From: Bacteroidales bacterium
GTDB taxonomy: Bacteria; Bacteroidota; Bacteroidia; Bacteroidales; UBA932
NCBI GenBank assembly: GCA_004556005.1
Contig: SFJA01000001.1
Span: 15,279-79,278 of the forward strand
DNA: 64,000 bases
Reading direction: 5' to 3'
Made by a program: the position numbers and the translations under genes. The notes beneath the pieces were generated by a model. The model made no database searches, was not told the origin of the DNA, and worked only from the letters and a program-made list of their open reading frames with translations. Positions within the stretch are counted from its first letter, which is position 1. Every line of letters starts with the position of its first letter. This document shows positions 38,105-46,550 of this stretch, one piece after another.

Positions 38105-39131
38105 CAGGATTGTCAACAAGTTCAAGTTCGAATATCAGCGGTGAATATGCCGGAATGGTACTCCCGGATCCGCTGTAGCTGTATCCTCTCAGGGAGTGGA
38201 ATATTACCTTTCCCTTCTCGTGAGGCTTCATGTTGTAGAGGGCATAGGCAAAGCCGTCTATCGTGCTTGAAGCGTCTGACCCCATGGTCGTATTTTTGTA
38301 ACCTTCAGCGTACCAGGTGATGTAGGTCGGCCCGTAAGTCTTTGATGCGTTGTATATTCCAGCATCCTTGGCGACTCTTTCGATGCTGGTGTCAAACACG
38401 GTTCCGTTAAGCAGCCTGCCTGTATAGTTGAAATAGATCTTGCTTTCGTCATTATAGGTGCTGTCCGGAGCGTCCGAATACTTCTCCGTAATGTAGTACA
38501 GTCCCCAGGCGTTACGCTCGCTGTCAACCGTGTCGGCAGGGTCTATCATAGGGTATTCCCTTCTCAGGAACCTTGCTATCGAGTCAAGTTCGTGCTGTGT
38601 GACGTCACTGAAAGCATCTGTTACCTCTATTTCATAAATCGTGTCAGTCCCGGTGACGTTCTTGAGGTAAAGCTCAGGCTTGCTGTATCTTTTAGTCGTG
38701 ATCAGCCAGCCCGGAATCGCCGCCTTGACCTTCATTCCGACGTGCATTCCTTCAATAAGTTCTTCTATGCCGGCATAGAGTGAATTTTCCAGTCTTGCCC
38801 ACACCATCGGCCCGTAGAAATATGTCTCGTTGTAGCTGCCGATCTGCTGCGCTACCGTTGCGGACGTGGTTTTCTGGACGGTGCCGTTGAGATTCCTGAT
38901 TGTATAGTTGCACCTTATGTAGGCGCTGTCACCTATTTCAATTCCGTCACCGTCAGTCCTCTCGATGATGTATGAACCAAGTTCAGTCTGCTCTGCGCCG
39001 GGTATGTTGACCTGTGCCCAGGCGTCAAAATAACGTTTGGAAGCGTCGTTAAGACCGCTTACCGGCGCCTTGCTGCAGGCGGCTGCGCATAGAATTGCGG
39101 CAGCAAGCAATATCGTATGTCTCTTTTTCAT
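38097..39131 (-). CDS. FKBP-type peptidyl-prolyl isomerase lipoprotein
   Basis: Lipobox AAAC; NYTGRLLNGTVFDT, IPAYSPLIFELEL; second degenerate FKBP domain. Confidence 0.85.
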   Translation of the reverse strand: MKKRHTILLAAAILCAAACSKAPVSGLNDASKRYFDAWAQVNIPGAEQTELGSYIIERTDGDGIEIGDSAYIRCNYTIRNLNGTVQKTTSATVAQQIGSYNETYFYGPMVWARLENSLYAGIEELIEGMHVGMKVKAAIPGWLITTKRYSKPELYLKNVTGTDTIYEIEVTDAFSDVTQHELDSIARFLRREYPMIDPADTVDSERNAWGLYYITEKYSDAPDSTYNDESKIYFNYTGRLLNGTVFDTSIERVAKDAGIYNASKTYGPTYITWYAEGYKNTTMGSDASSTIDGFAYALYNMKPHEKGKVIFHSLRGYSYSGSGSTIPAYSPLIFELELVDNPDE

Positions 39132-39137
39132 ATCTTT

Positions 39138-40172
39138 CTATTCGTGTTTCATAAACCGTGCCGCGACACCTGCCAGAAATGCCCCGGCCTCCTGCGGACC
39201 TGCTATGTCCTCGGGTATGAGAATTCTTCCTCCGGCGGCCTGTTCGTGTCCCCCGCCGTGGAAGAAGCGGATTGCCATCGAGTTGGCGGACCAGCCCCGT
39301 TTCGAGCGCACCGATACGCGGAACAGAGGTCCGTCCTCGCGCGCGAATATGCTGATCTTTACGTCCTTGATGCTCAGGGGGATGTTGACAAATCCTTCGG
39401 TTTCGCCTTCGCGGATGTCAAGACTGTCTTGAGTGCCTTTGTCCAGCACCATTATGGCTACTCCTTCGGGAGTGATTTTCATATCTGCGAGCAGCCTTGC
39501 CATTGCCCTTACCCTGTTCTCCCTGTATTCGTTGTATATATGGCCGATAATGGCATCCCTGTCAACCCCGGCTTCGAGCAGTCCTGAAGCCATCGAGAGC
39601 GTTCCCGGAAAAACGGAGTTGGCAAAGTTGTTCGTGTCTGTCGTCATTCCGCACATCAGGGCTTCGGCGCTTTCCTTTGGCAGTTTGCGCGGGTCGCCGC
39701 CTACGGCCGGCAGCGCGAGCAGGATGCGGTAGAGCAGTTCGCAGGTCGAAGATACTTGAGTCTCGCTGAAACACAGGTCAAAAGCATCCCTGTCCGGGTT
39801 GAGGTGGTGGTCGATGAGAATCTTTCTGCAGTTTGCAGCGGCTAGCTTGTCGCCAATAGCTCCCGCCCTGGAGAAAGTGTTGAAGTCCAGGCAGATGATC
39901 AGGTCCGCCCCGTCAATCTTCTTCGACGCCTGGGCAAGGTCGTCTTCCGCGTAGGAAATACCTTCCCTGCAAATGAACTGCAGATATTCCGGAAGGTGGT
40001 GGGGGAGGATGACGCTGACTTTGTGGCCTTCCCGCTCCAGGAAACGGCAGAGAGCCAGGCTGCTGCCGGCTGCATCGCCATCAGGTTTGATGTGCGATGT
40101 GATTACTATGTTTTCCGAACTGCCCGTGAGCTCGAGGAAGTGACTTATGTCCGCTAGTCGTAAAGATTCCAT
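39138..40172 (-). CDS. nrnA: DHH-family oligoribonuclease/pAp phosphatase
   Basis: SHIKPDGDA, IDHH, TDT, GGGHEQAAG. Confidence 0.85.
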   Translation of the reverse strand: MESLRLADISHFLELTGSSENIVITSHIKPDGDAAGSSLALCRFLEREGHKVSVILPHHLPEYLQFICREGISYAEDDLAQASKKIDGADLIICLDFNTFSRAGAIGDKLAAANCRKILIDHHLNPDRDAFDLCFSETQVSSTCELLYRILLALPAVGGDPRKLPKESAEALMCGMTTDTNNFANSVFPGTLSMASGLLEAGVDRDAIIGHIYNEYRENRVRAMARLLADMKITPEGVAIMVLDKGTQDSLDIREGETEGFVNIPLSIKDVKISIFAREDGPLFRVSVRSKRGWSANSMAIRFFHGGGHEQAAGGRILIPEDIAGPQEAGAFLAGVAARFMKHE

Positions 40173-40274
40173 TTTCGTGGTGCAAACTTACGAAAAATAT
40201 TGCAATTGATAATTCAAATTTATAACTTTGTAGGGATTTATGCCAAATTGAATTAATAAACAAATAACCATAAA

Positions 40275-40970
40275 ATGAACAAAGCAGTCAAGATTATCGT
40301 CGAGGTCATCCTCTTCGTGGCAATCGTAGGATTGGTTTACGTGATTTACGGAAGCATTATGCAGCCTGTAAATTTCAACAAGGAAAAGGCTCAGCGTGAA
40401 GCTGTTGCTATTCAGAGACTCAAGGATATCCGTACACTTCAGGTGGCTTTCAAGAGCGTCAACGGAAGGTTTACTCCAAGTGTCGATTCCCTCAAGGACT
40501 TCTATCAGACCGGCAATATGAGCGTCATAATGCAGGTCGGCTCTGCTGACGACTCTCTGGCAATGGCTCACACTGACAAGGTAAAGAGGACTCTCAGGGG
40601 CAAGAATGTCAACGCTCAGCTTTATCAGCTTTATCTTGCCGGAGACAAGAATCTCGTGTTCTCTGTAGAGACCAAGATTCCTGTAAAGGACACCCTCTTC
40701 CGCTCACGCACCGACTTTTGTCCCGATTCTCTTGCATTCATTCCGTTCTCAGGTGGTGACCGTGTAGAGATGGAGTCCGACATCAGAATGGTATCCGGAG
40801 TGCCTGTTCCTCTTTTCGAGGCCAGGATTCCTTACAAGAAGCTGCTCAAAGGTATGGACAACCAGCTCCGTATCAATCTCGATGCAGAGCGCCGCGACCA
40901 GAACAAGTATGAGGGCCTCCAGGTCGGAAGCATCTCTGCTCCTAACAACAACGCAGGTAACTGGGAGTAG
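40275..40970 (+). CDS. Conserved hypothetical membrane-anchored protein
   Basis: N-terminal TM, IQRLKDIR, C-terminal GLQVGS...NNAGNWE. Confidence 0.75.
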   Translation: MNKAVKIIVEVILFVAIVGLVYVIYGSIMQPVNFNKEKAQREAVAIQRLKDIRTLQVAFKSVNGRFTPSVDSLKDFYQTGNMSVIMQVGSADDSLAMAHTDKVKRTLRGKNVNAQLYQLYLAGDKNLVFSVETKIPVKDTLFRSRTDFCPDSLAFIPFSGGDRVEMESDIRMVSGVPVPLFEARIPYKKLLKGMDNQLRINLDAERRDQNKYEGLQVGSISAPNNNAGNWE

Positions 40971-40976
40971 CGGGTC

Positions 40977-41507
40977 GTGGAGATTTCGTTGCTGACACCC
41001 AAGTGCGCCCTCGTTCCGGAGGATTTTTTCAGGCCAGAGGCGTGCCACGAACTTCTTTCCGAAGTCTTTATGCTTGGTGTGGAGGACGAAGTCGCCTACA
41101 AGGCGGTTCCGCAGTACGGTGCAGTGCTCGTTTATGCTGCGGCTCCCGATTGTGAAGCTTCAGTTGACGAAAATATCATCTCGGACGAGGAAGTTCCTCT
41201 GCCCGAGATGTATTTTATATTGAGGGACCTTCAGAAATGTCCCGAGTACAACAAGATATTGTGCACCTGGCAGCAGGGCGTGCTTTATATGGCCATTGCA
41301 CAGGGGCGTACGCTGCTGCTGGCCAATACTTACAGGGCCGTCGATGCGGTAACTGCGCAGTATTTCATTCATCTCGCTCTCAAGTCGCTTCAGCTCAACC
41401 CTGAAGTATCTACAATAGCGTGGCGAAAAAGTATTGACAGACAGCTGGAAATGGATCTTTACCGCTATTTCAAGTCTGTCGATACTCCGCTTTCCAATTC
41501 CATATAG
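40977..41507 (+). CDS. DUF3822-like protein
   Basis: ALVPEDFF, LLLANTY; directly upstream of rsmD. Confidence 0.6.
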   Translation: MEISLLTPKCALVPEDFFRPEACHELLSEVFMLGVEDEVAYKAVPQYGAVLVYAAAPDCEASVDENIISDEEVPLPEMYFILRDLQKCPEYNKILCTWQQGVLYMAIAQGRTLLLANTYRAVDAVTAQYFIHLALKSLQLNPEVSTIAWRKSIDRQLEMDLYRYFKSVDTPLSNSI

Positions 41508-41508
41508 T

Positions 41509-42051
41509 ATGCGAATCATTGGCGGTTCCCTGAAGGGCAGGGCAATCATTCTTCCATCGGACTATTCTGCAAGGCCTACCACTGACTTTGCCAAGGAAGC
41601 CCTTTTCAATATTCTGGACAATGAATATGAGTTTCAGGACCTTAAGGTTCTCGATCTGTTCGGGGGTACGGGAGCAATTGCCTACGAGTTTGCATCCAGA
41701 GGTGCTGCGCGAGTGTACAGCATAGAGATGAACAGGGACAATGCCAGATTCATAAGAGAGGAGGCGTCGCGACTCGGCTTGCGCAATGTCACTGCCGTGC
41801 ACAGCAACGTCTTTGACTTCCTTCCTATATGCAAGGAAAAGTTCGACATCATCTTTGCCGATCCTCCCTATGCCCTGGATGGCCTGCAGAACATTCCTGA
41901 CAAGGTGCTCGAACGCGGCCTGCTGCACCCTGACCGTTATTTCATCCTTGAACACGGAGACGAACATTCTTTTTCCGACCACCCCGCTTTCGTAAAGGAA
42001 AAAGTTTACGGCAGAGTGCATTTCTCCTTTTTTACTTCGGAAAAGGCATAG
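41509..42051 (+). CDS. rsmD: RsmD-family rRNA methyltransferase
   Basis: MRIIGG, RPTTD, LDLFGGTG, FADPPY. Confidence 0.9.
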   Translation: MRIIGGSLKGRAIILPSDYSARPTTDFAKEALFNILDNEYEFQDLKVLDLFGGTGAIAYEFASRGAARVYSIEMNRDNARFIREEASRLGLRNVTAVHSNVFDFLPICKEKFDIIFADPPYALDGLQNIPDKVLERGLLHPDRYFILEHGDEHSFSDHPAFVKEKVYGRVHFSFFTSEKA

Positions 42052-42072
42052 CCATATTCGTGACTCATTTCA

Positions 42073-42134
42073 TTTGCTGCACCCCTTCAGCCGTTTACTG
42101 AGTCCCTTCTGCCGTTTGCTGTGTCCCGCTGACG
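42073..42134. repeat. Degenerate ~21-bp tandem repeat x3
   Basis: TTTGCTGCACCCCTTCAGCCG / TTTACTGAGTCCCTTCTGCCG / TTTGCTGTGTCCCGCTGACG. Confidence 0.6.
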
Positions 42135-42216
42135 TGCAACTTCTCTCCGGGCACACTTTTCCTTGCCACTCTCCGGGAGTGGACAGGCCTTAAGATTGAC
42201 TGTACCAACACAATAC

Positions 42217-42259
42217 AAAAAAGGTGACCTTTAAGTCTTACGACTTTCCAGTCACCTTT
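42217..42259 (-). terminator. Intrinsic terminator after pta
   Basis: AAAGGTGAC...GTCACCTTT stem with inner AAGTC/GACTT; T run on the - strand. Confidence 0.7.
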
Positions 42260-42283
42260 CTGTGTTATTATTGGGGCAGTACG

Positions 42284-43291
42284 TTATTCTGCATCCATTG
42301 CCTGGCAGGCTGTGATTGCCACCATCTTATAGATGTCATCAACCGAGCATCCGCGGCTCAAGTCGTTGACCGGACGGGCGATACCCTGAAGGATCGGTCC
42401 TATCGCATCGGCATTTCCAAGTCTCTGTACAAGCTTGTATGCAATGTTGCCGACTTCCAGATTAGGGAATACCAGAACGTTTGCCTTTCCTGCAATCTCC
42501 GAACCCGGAGCTTTCTTGCTTCCAACAGATGGAACGAGGGCGGCATCTGCCTGAAGTTCTCCGTCTATGCTGAGGCCAGGATCAAGCTCTTTTGCAAGGG
42601 CAGTAGCCTCGATCACCTTGTCAACGACCTCGTGCTTGGCTGAACCCTTCGTTGAGAATGAAAGCATTGCAACCTTAGGATCCGCAAATCCGGCCACGCT
42701 TCTGGCTGTGCGCGCGGTACATACTGCGATCTGCGCAAGCTGCTGTGCATCAGGGCAAGGGGTAACGGCCACGTCACCGATGACGAGCACTCCGTCCTCG
42801 CCGTACTGTGGAGTCTGGGTGATCATAAGCATTGCTCCGCTGACGCAAGAAATGCCAGGTGCGCACTTGATGATCTGGAGCGCCGGACGCAAAGTCTCTC
42901 CCGTGGTGGAAAGCGCGCCGCTGATCTGACCGTCAGCATCTCCGCTTTTGATTATGAGACAACCGAAATACAGCGGGTCAAGAACAAGTTCACGTGCCTT
43001 TTCGATGGTCATTCCCTTCTTCTGACGAAGCTGGAAAAGCAGCTGCGCGTACTCTTCGGTCTTTTCGCTAGTGGCAGGGTCGATGATGGTAGCCTTGTCG
43101 ATGTGCTCAAGTCCGAGTTTTGCGGCAAGTGCCTTTATTTCAATCGGATTGCCGATAAGGATAATGTCCGCCAATCCGTCGGCGAGAGCCCTGTCAGCTG
43201 CTGTGATTGTGCGCTCCTCCAGCGATTCGGGGAGCACGATGCGCTGCCTGTTTGACTTGGCGCGCGCGATGATGCTGTCAATTAGTGCCAT
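42284..43291 (-). CDS. pta: Phosphate acetyltransferase
   Basis: RIVLPE, LRPALQII, AMLSFSTKGS, IDGELQADAA, GNIAYKL, DLSRGC. Confidence 0.95.
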   Translation of the reverse strand: MALIDSIIARAKSNRQRIVLPESLEERTITAADRALADGLADIILIGNPIEIKALAAKLGLEHIDKATIIDPATSEKTEEYAQLLFQLRQKKGMTIEKARELVLDPLYFGCLIIKSGDADGQISGALSTTGETLRPALQIIKCAPGISCVSGAMLMITQTPQYGEDGVLVIGDVAVTPCPDAQQLAQIAVCTARTARSVAGFADPKVAMLSFSTKGSAKHEVVDKVIEATALAKELDPGLSIDGELQADAALVPSVGSKKAPGSEIAGKANVLVFPNLEVGNIAYKLVQRLGNADAIGPILQGIARPVNDLSRGCSVDDIYKMVAITACQAMDAE

Positions 43292-43338
43292 TTTCTGTTG
43301 GTATTTCAATTATGCAAATATAGTTATTCCGCTCCGTA

Positions 43339-44145
43339 TTACAACCCGAGTTCCTTGGCCTTGTCCCATAGCGAGTCCATTTCTTCCAGACTGAGGTCCT
43401 TGAACTGCATGCCTTTCTTGATAGTATTTTCCTCGATGTATCCGAATCTTCTCCGGAACTTGCTGCAGCTGCGGTTAAGCGCCTTTTCCGGGTCAGTCCC
43501 GTGCAGTCTTGCAGCATTGATGACGGCAAAAAGGAGGTCGCCGAATTCTTCCTCGACCGCAGACTGTTCGCCGCTGCCGCAGGCCTCGCGGACCTCGCCC
43601 AGCTCTTCCTCGACCTTCGCCCACACGTCGGAAGGCTGCTCCCAGTCAAATCCGCAGCCCCGCGCCTTTTCCTGCATCGACAGGGCCTTGAGCAGCGCCG
43701 GCATAGTCTCCGGGATCCCTCCCATCACCGTGCGGTTGCCGTCCTTTTCCTTCGCCTTGACCAGCTCCCAGGTGTCCGCTATCTCCTTCGCGCTGGGCGC
43801 TTCCCCTTCCGGGACGAGGCTGCCGTCCGGGCGGAATACATGGGGGTGCCTGAATTCCATCTTCCCGCATACCTTCATTATGCTGTCGGCTATGTCGAAC
43901 TGTCCTTTTTCCTGGGCTATCCTGGCGTAGAATACAAGATGATAGAGAAGGTCGCCTATTTCCTTGCAGATGTCGGCGCTGTCGGCTCTGATGATGGCGT
44001 CGCTGAGTTCATAGACTTCCTCTTCCGTCATAGGCCTTATGCTCTCCATTGTCTGCTCCGCATTCCACGGGCAGCGCTCTCTGAGGGCGTCCATAATGTC
44101 GAGCAGTCTGCCGAATGCTTCCTTTTTTTCTTCCCTGCTGTGCAT
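43339..44145 (-). CDS. mazG: Nucleoside triphosphate pyrophosphohydrolase
   Basis: CPWN..QT, EIGDLL, RHPHVF, GFDW, EEFGDLLF, KFRRRF. Confidence 0.93.
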   Translation of the reverse strand: MHSREEKKEAFGRLLDIMDALRERCPWNAEQTMESIRPMTEEEVYELSDAIIRADSADICKEIGDLLYHLVFYARIAQEKGQFDIADSIMKVCGKMEFRHPHVFRPDGSLVPEGEAPSAKEIADTWELVKAKEKDGNRTVMGGIPETMPALLKALSMQEKARGCGFDWEQPSDVWAKVEEELGEVREACGSGEQSAVEEEFGDLLFAVINAARLHGTDPEKALNRSCSKFRRRFGYIEENTIKKGMQFKDLSLEEMDSLWDKAKELGL

Positions 44146-44223
44146 ATCAGTTTTGATTGATAGTGCAAAAATAGTGGAAATTTGTTAATTTTGCACTTTT
44201 GAATACTGAACGATTATTTGTAT

Positions 44224-45312
44224 ATGGCAGAAAACAAGCTATTGGAAAAGGTGCTTTCGCTGCAGGACAAGTTCCAGTCCCTCCAGGAACAGCTCTCCAG
44301 CCCGGACGTGATGTCCGATATGAAGAAGTATGTCCAACTCAACAAGGACTATAAGGAACTTGAGCCTATCATCACAGCAGGAAAGGAATATGAAAAGATG
44401 GTCGAGGATCTTGCCTCGGCAAAGGATATACTCGTAAACGAAAAGGATGAGGAACTGCGCGAGATGGCAAGGGAGGAAATCTCCGACATAGAACCGCGCA
44501 TTCCCGAAATGGAGCAGAAAATCCGTCTTCTTCTCATACCTGCAGATCCGGATGACTCCAAAAATGCCATCGTCGAGATACGTGGCGGCACCGGAGGTGA
44601 CGAGGCGGCTATCTTTGCCGGAGACCTTTTCAGAATGTACCAGCATTTTGCTGAGAACAGGGGATGGAAGCTAGAGGTTACCGACCAGACCCCGGGAACC
44701 AGCGGCGGATACAAGCAGGTTGTATTTAAGCTCAGCGGAAACGACGGCGTTTACGGCGTGATGAAATACGAATCGGGCGTGCACCGTGTCCAGAGGGTGC
44801 CCCAGACCGAAACCCAGGGCAGGATACAGACTTCGGCGGCTTCTGTCGCAGTCTTTCCGGAAGCGGGAGAATTTGATGTTGATCTCAGTTGGGACGACAT
44901 CAGACTTGACCTTTTCTGCTCTTCCGGTCCGGGAGGACAGGGCGTGAACACAACCTACTCGGCGGTGCGTCTCACCCACATTCCGTCGGGTCTCGTCGTG
45001 CAGTGTCAGGAGGAACGCTCGCAGCTCAAAAACAAGGACAGGGCCTTCGAGGAACTCCGTACCCGACTCTATAACCTTGAACACCAGAAGTATCTCGACG
45101 GTATCGCGGCCAAGCGCAAGACCATGGTCAGCACCGGTGACCGCTCTGCCAAGATCCGTACTTACAATTATCCTCAGGGACGAGTGACCGACCATCGCAT
45201 CAACTGGAGTATGTACAACCTTCCTGTTTTTATGGACGGAGACATCCAGGCTTGCATCGACCAGCTTCAGATAGCCGAGAACGCAGAAAGACTCAAGGAA
45301 GCCGGAGACTAG
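44224..45312 (+). CDS. prfA: Peptide chain release factor 1
   Basis: PQT (PxT) motif, [16 protein letters not shown]. Confidence 0.96.
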   Translation: MAENKLLEKVLSLQDKFQSLQEQLSSPDVMSDMKKYVQLNKDYKELEPIITAGKEYEKMVEDLASAKDILVNEKDEELREMAREEISDIEPRIPEMEQKIRLLLIPADPDDSKNAIVEIRGGTGGDEAAIFAGDLFRMYQHFAENRGWKLEVTDQTPGTSGGYKQVVFKLSGNDGVYGVMKYESGVHRVQRVPQTETQGRIQTSAASVAVFPEAGEFDVDLSWDDIRLDLFCSSGPGGQGVNTTYSAVRLTHIPSGLVVQCQEERSQLKNKDRAFEELRTRLYNLEHQKYLDGIAAKRKTMVSTGDRSAKIRTYNYPQGRVTDHRINWSMYNLPVFMDGDIQACIDQLQIAENAERLKEAGD

Positions 45313-45320
45313 TCCGTCCG

Positions 45321-45416
45321 CTATGACTTCCGCCTCATTGACGGGTGTGGAACCGGGATGCGTTTTGTCAGCAGCGTCCGCTTCCCGGCAGTCCGTGCAA
45401 TCGGCGGCGGGGTAGG
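45321..45416 (+). ncRNA. Candidate structured RNA (long imperfect hairpin); strand uncertain
   Basis: Nested pairings CCGCC/GGCGG, ATTG/CAAT, ACGGG/TCCGT, CCGGGA/TCCCGG, GCG/CGC. Confidence 0.35.
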
Positions 45417-45439
45417 AACAATAAATCAATCAATGTCTT

Positions 45440-45844
45440 ATGTGGCAGAGAATCCAAACTTTATATCTCGCAGTTGCAACCGTATTGTCCGCTGTATTGT
45501 TTTTTGTCAATAAGGCGGAGGGAGTCAGGATGATAAGTTATATACCTTATCTTATCCTGCTGATAATCATAACCTTGCTGAATCTTATAGCATTGACTTC
45601 CTGGACTCATAGAGTTTTCCAGGCCAGGACGGCGGTGCTCAGCTCCATATTCTGCCTTGCCCTTCAGATATGGCTGGTTGTGGATTTTGTCGTGACGGGA
45701 AACGACCCTCTTTTCAGACTGCCTTCACTTTTTCCTGTCGTCATTCTGATTCTTGACGCGCTTGCCGCTTCGAATATATGGGCTGACGAACTTATGGTCC
45801 GCAGTTCTTCCCGCCTGCGCGCAGCCAAACGCAAAGGCCGCTGA
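45440..45844 (+). CDS. DUF4293-like membrane protein
   Basis: MWQRIQTLYL start; IWADELMVRSSSRLR end; 4 TM. Confidence 0.75.
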   Translation: MWQRIQTLYLAVATVLSAVLFFVNKAEGVRMISYIPYLILLIIITLLNLIALTSWTHRVFQARTAVLSSIFCLALQIWLVVDFVVTGNDPLFRLPSLFPVVILILDALAASNIWADELMVRSSSRLRAAKRKGR

Positions 45845-45879
45845 CCGGCTGTCCCGAGGCTGCCCTGCGCGCACTCACG

Positions 45880-46425
45880 CTAACTCAGCGTCGACTTGTC
45901 AGCGATGCCGCTGCGCAGTTTGCTGCGTATGCCCGCCTCGATTGCCTCGGCTATCCTCATCGATGCCTCCGACGGCCCTTCAGGTTCTTCCCTGAAGGCC
46001 TCGATCTTCTGTCTGAGGACCACGCTGTCAATGCCCTTCCTTTCCAGGAGGAGCCTCCCGAAAGAGTCCGGCTCCCGGCTGATTGTTAGCAGCAGGTGGA
46101 TGCAGTCGGTGCGACGGTGATGGTATCGCTCCGCTTCGTAATAGGCAGTGTTGATTGCTCTCAGGGAGGTCATGTCCATCGTTATCCTGCTGATTTCTTC
46201 ATAGCTTAGGGCCTCTTCCTTCATTATGCCCAGGTCAAGGGCATTCTTGAAGAGCTCGGTGTCTATGCCGAGCTGGCGCAGCGTGGATACCCCGCTGTTG
46301 TTATTCTGACGTAGCATCCCCAGTAGCAGGTGATCGGGCGATACTGCACGGTGTCCCGTACGCAGCGCCTCCTCGGAGGCGTAACGTAAAACCGTGCTGA
46401 GTTCCCGTGTCAATTCAATCTGCAT
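45880..46425 (-). CDS. Stand-alone Clp N-terminal (double repeat) domain protein
   Basis: YASEEALRTGH..SPDHLLLGML and second repeat EAERYHH...HLLLTI; no Walker motifs. Confidence 0.75.
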   Translation of the reverse strand: MQIELTRELSTVLRYASEEALRTGHRAVSPDHLLLGMLRQNNNSGVSTLRQLGIDTELFKNALDLGIMKEEALSYEEISRITMDMTSLRAINTAYYEAERYHHRRTDCIHLLLTISREPDSFGRLLLERKGIDSVVLRQKIEAFREEPEGPSEASMRIAEAIEAGIRSKLRSGIADKSTLS

Positions 46426-46550
46426 TGCTCGTTTCCAATGATTGTTTGTGCTTGCAAAAATAGTATTTTTCGCGGATAATTACTATCTTTGCACACTTAT
46501 ATGGGACGGTCTGGCGTATCGTTCCCGGAAGAAATGACAGTTAATGGATT

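Noticed and set aside
42073..42134. Possible mini-CRISPR
   Set aside because: Units are contiguous and degenerate with no spacers, and no cas genes are present
43339..44145. mazG as part of a toxin-antitoxin or anti-phage locus
   Set aside because: Two-domain housekeeping MazG between pta and prfA, with no mazEF or defence partners
44224..45312. prfB with programmed frameshift
   Set aside because: Continuous ORF with the RF1 PxT motif, not SPF
45313..45439. SRP RNA or ZTP riboswitch
   Set aside because: No SRP helix-8 motif or ZTP consensus on either strand; kept only as an unclassified hairpin
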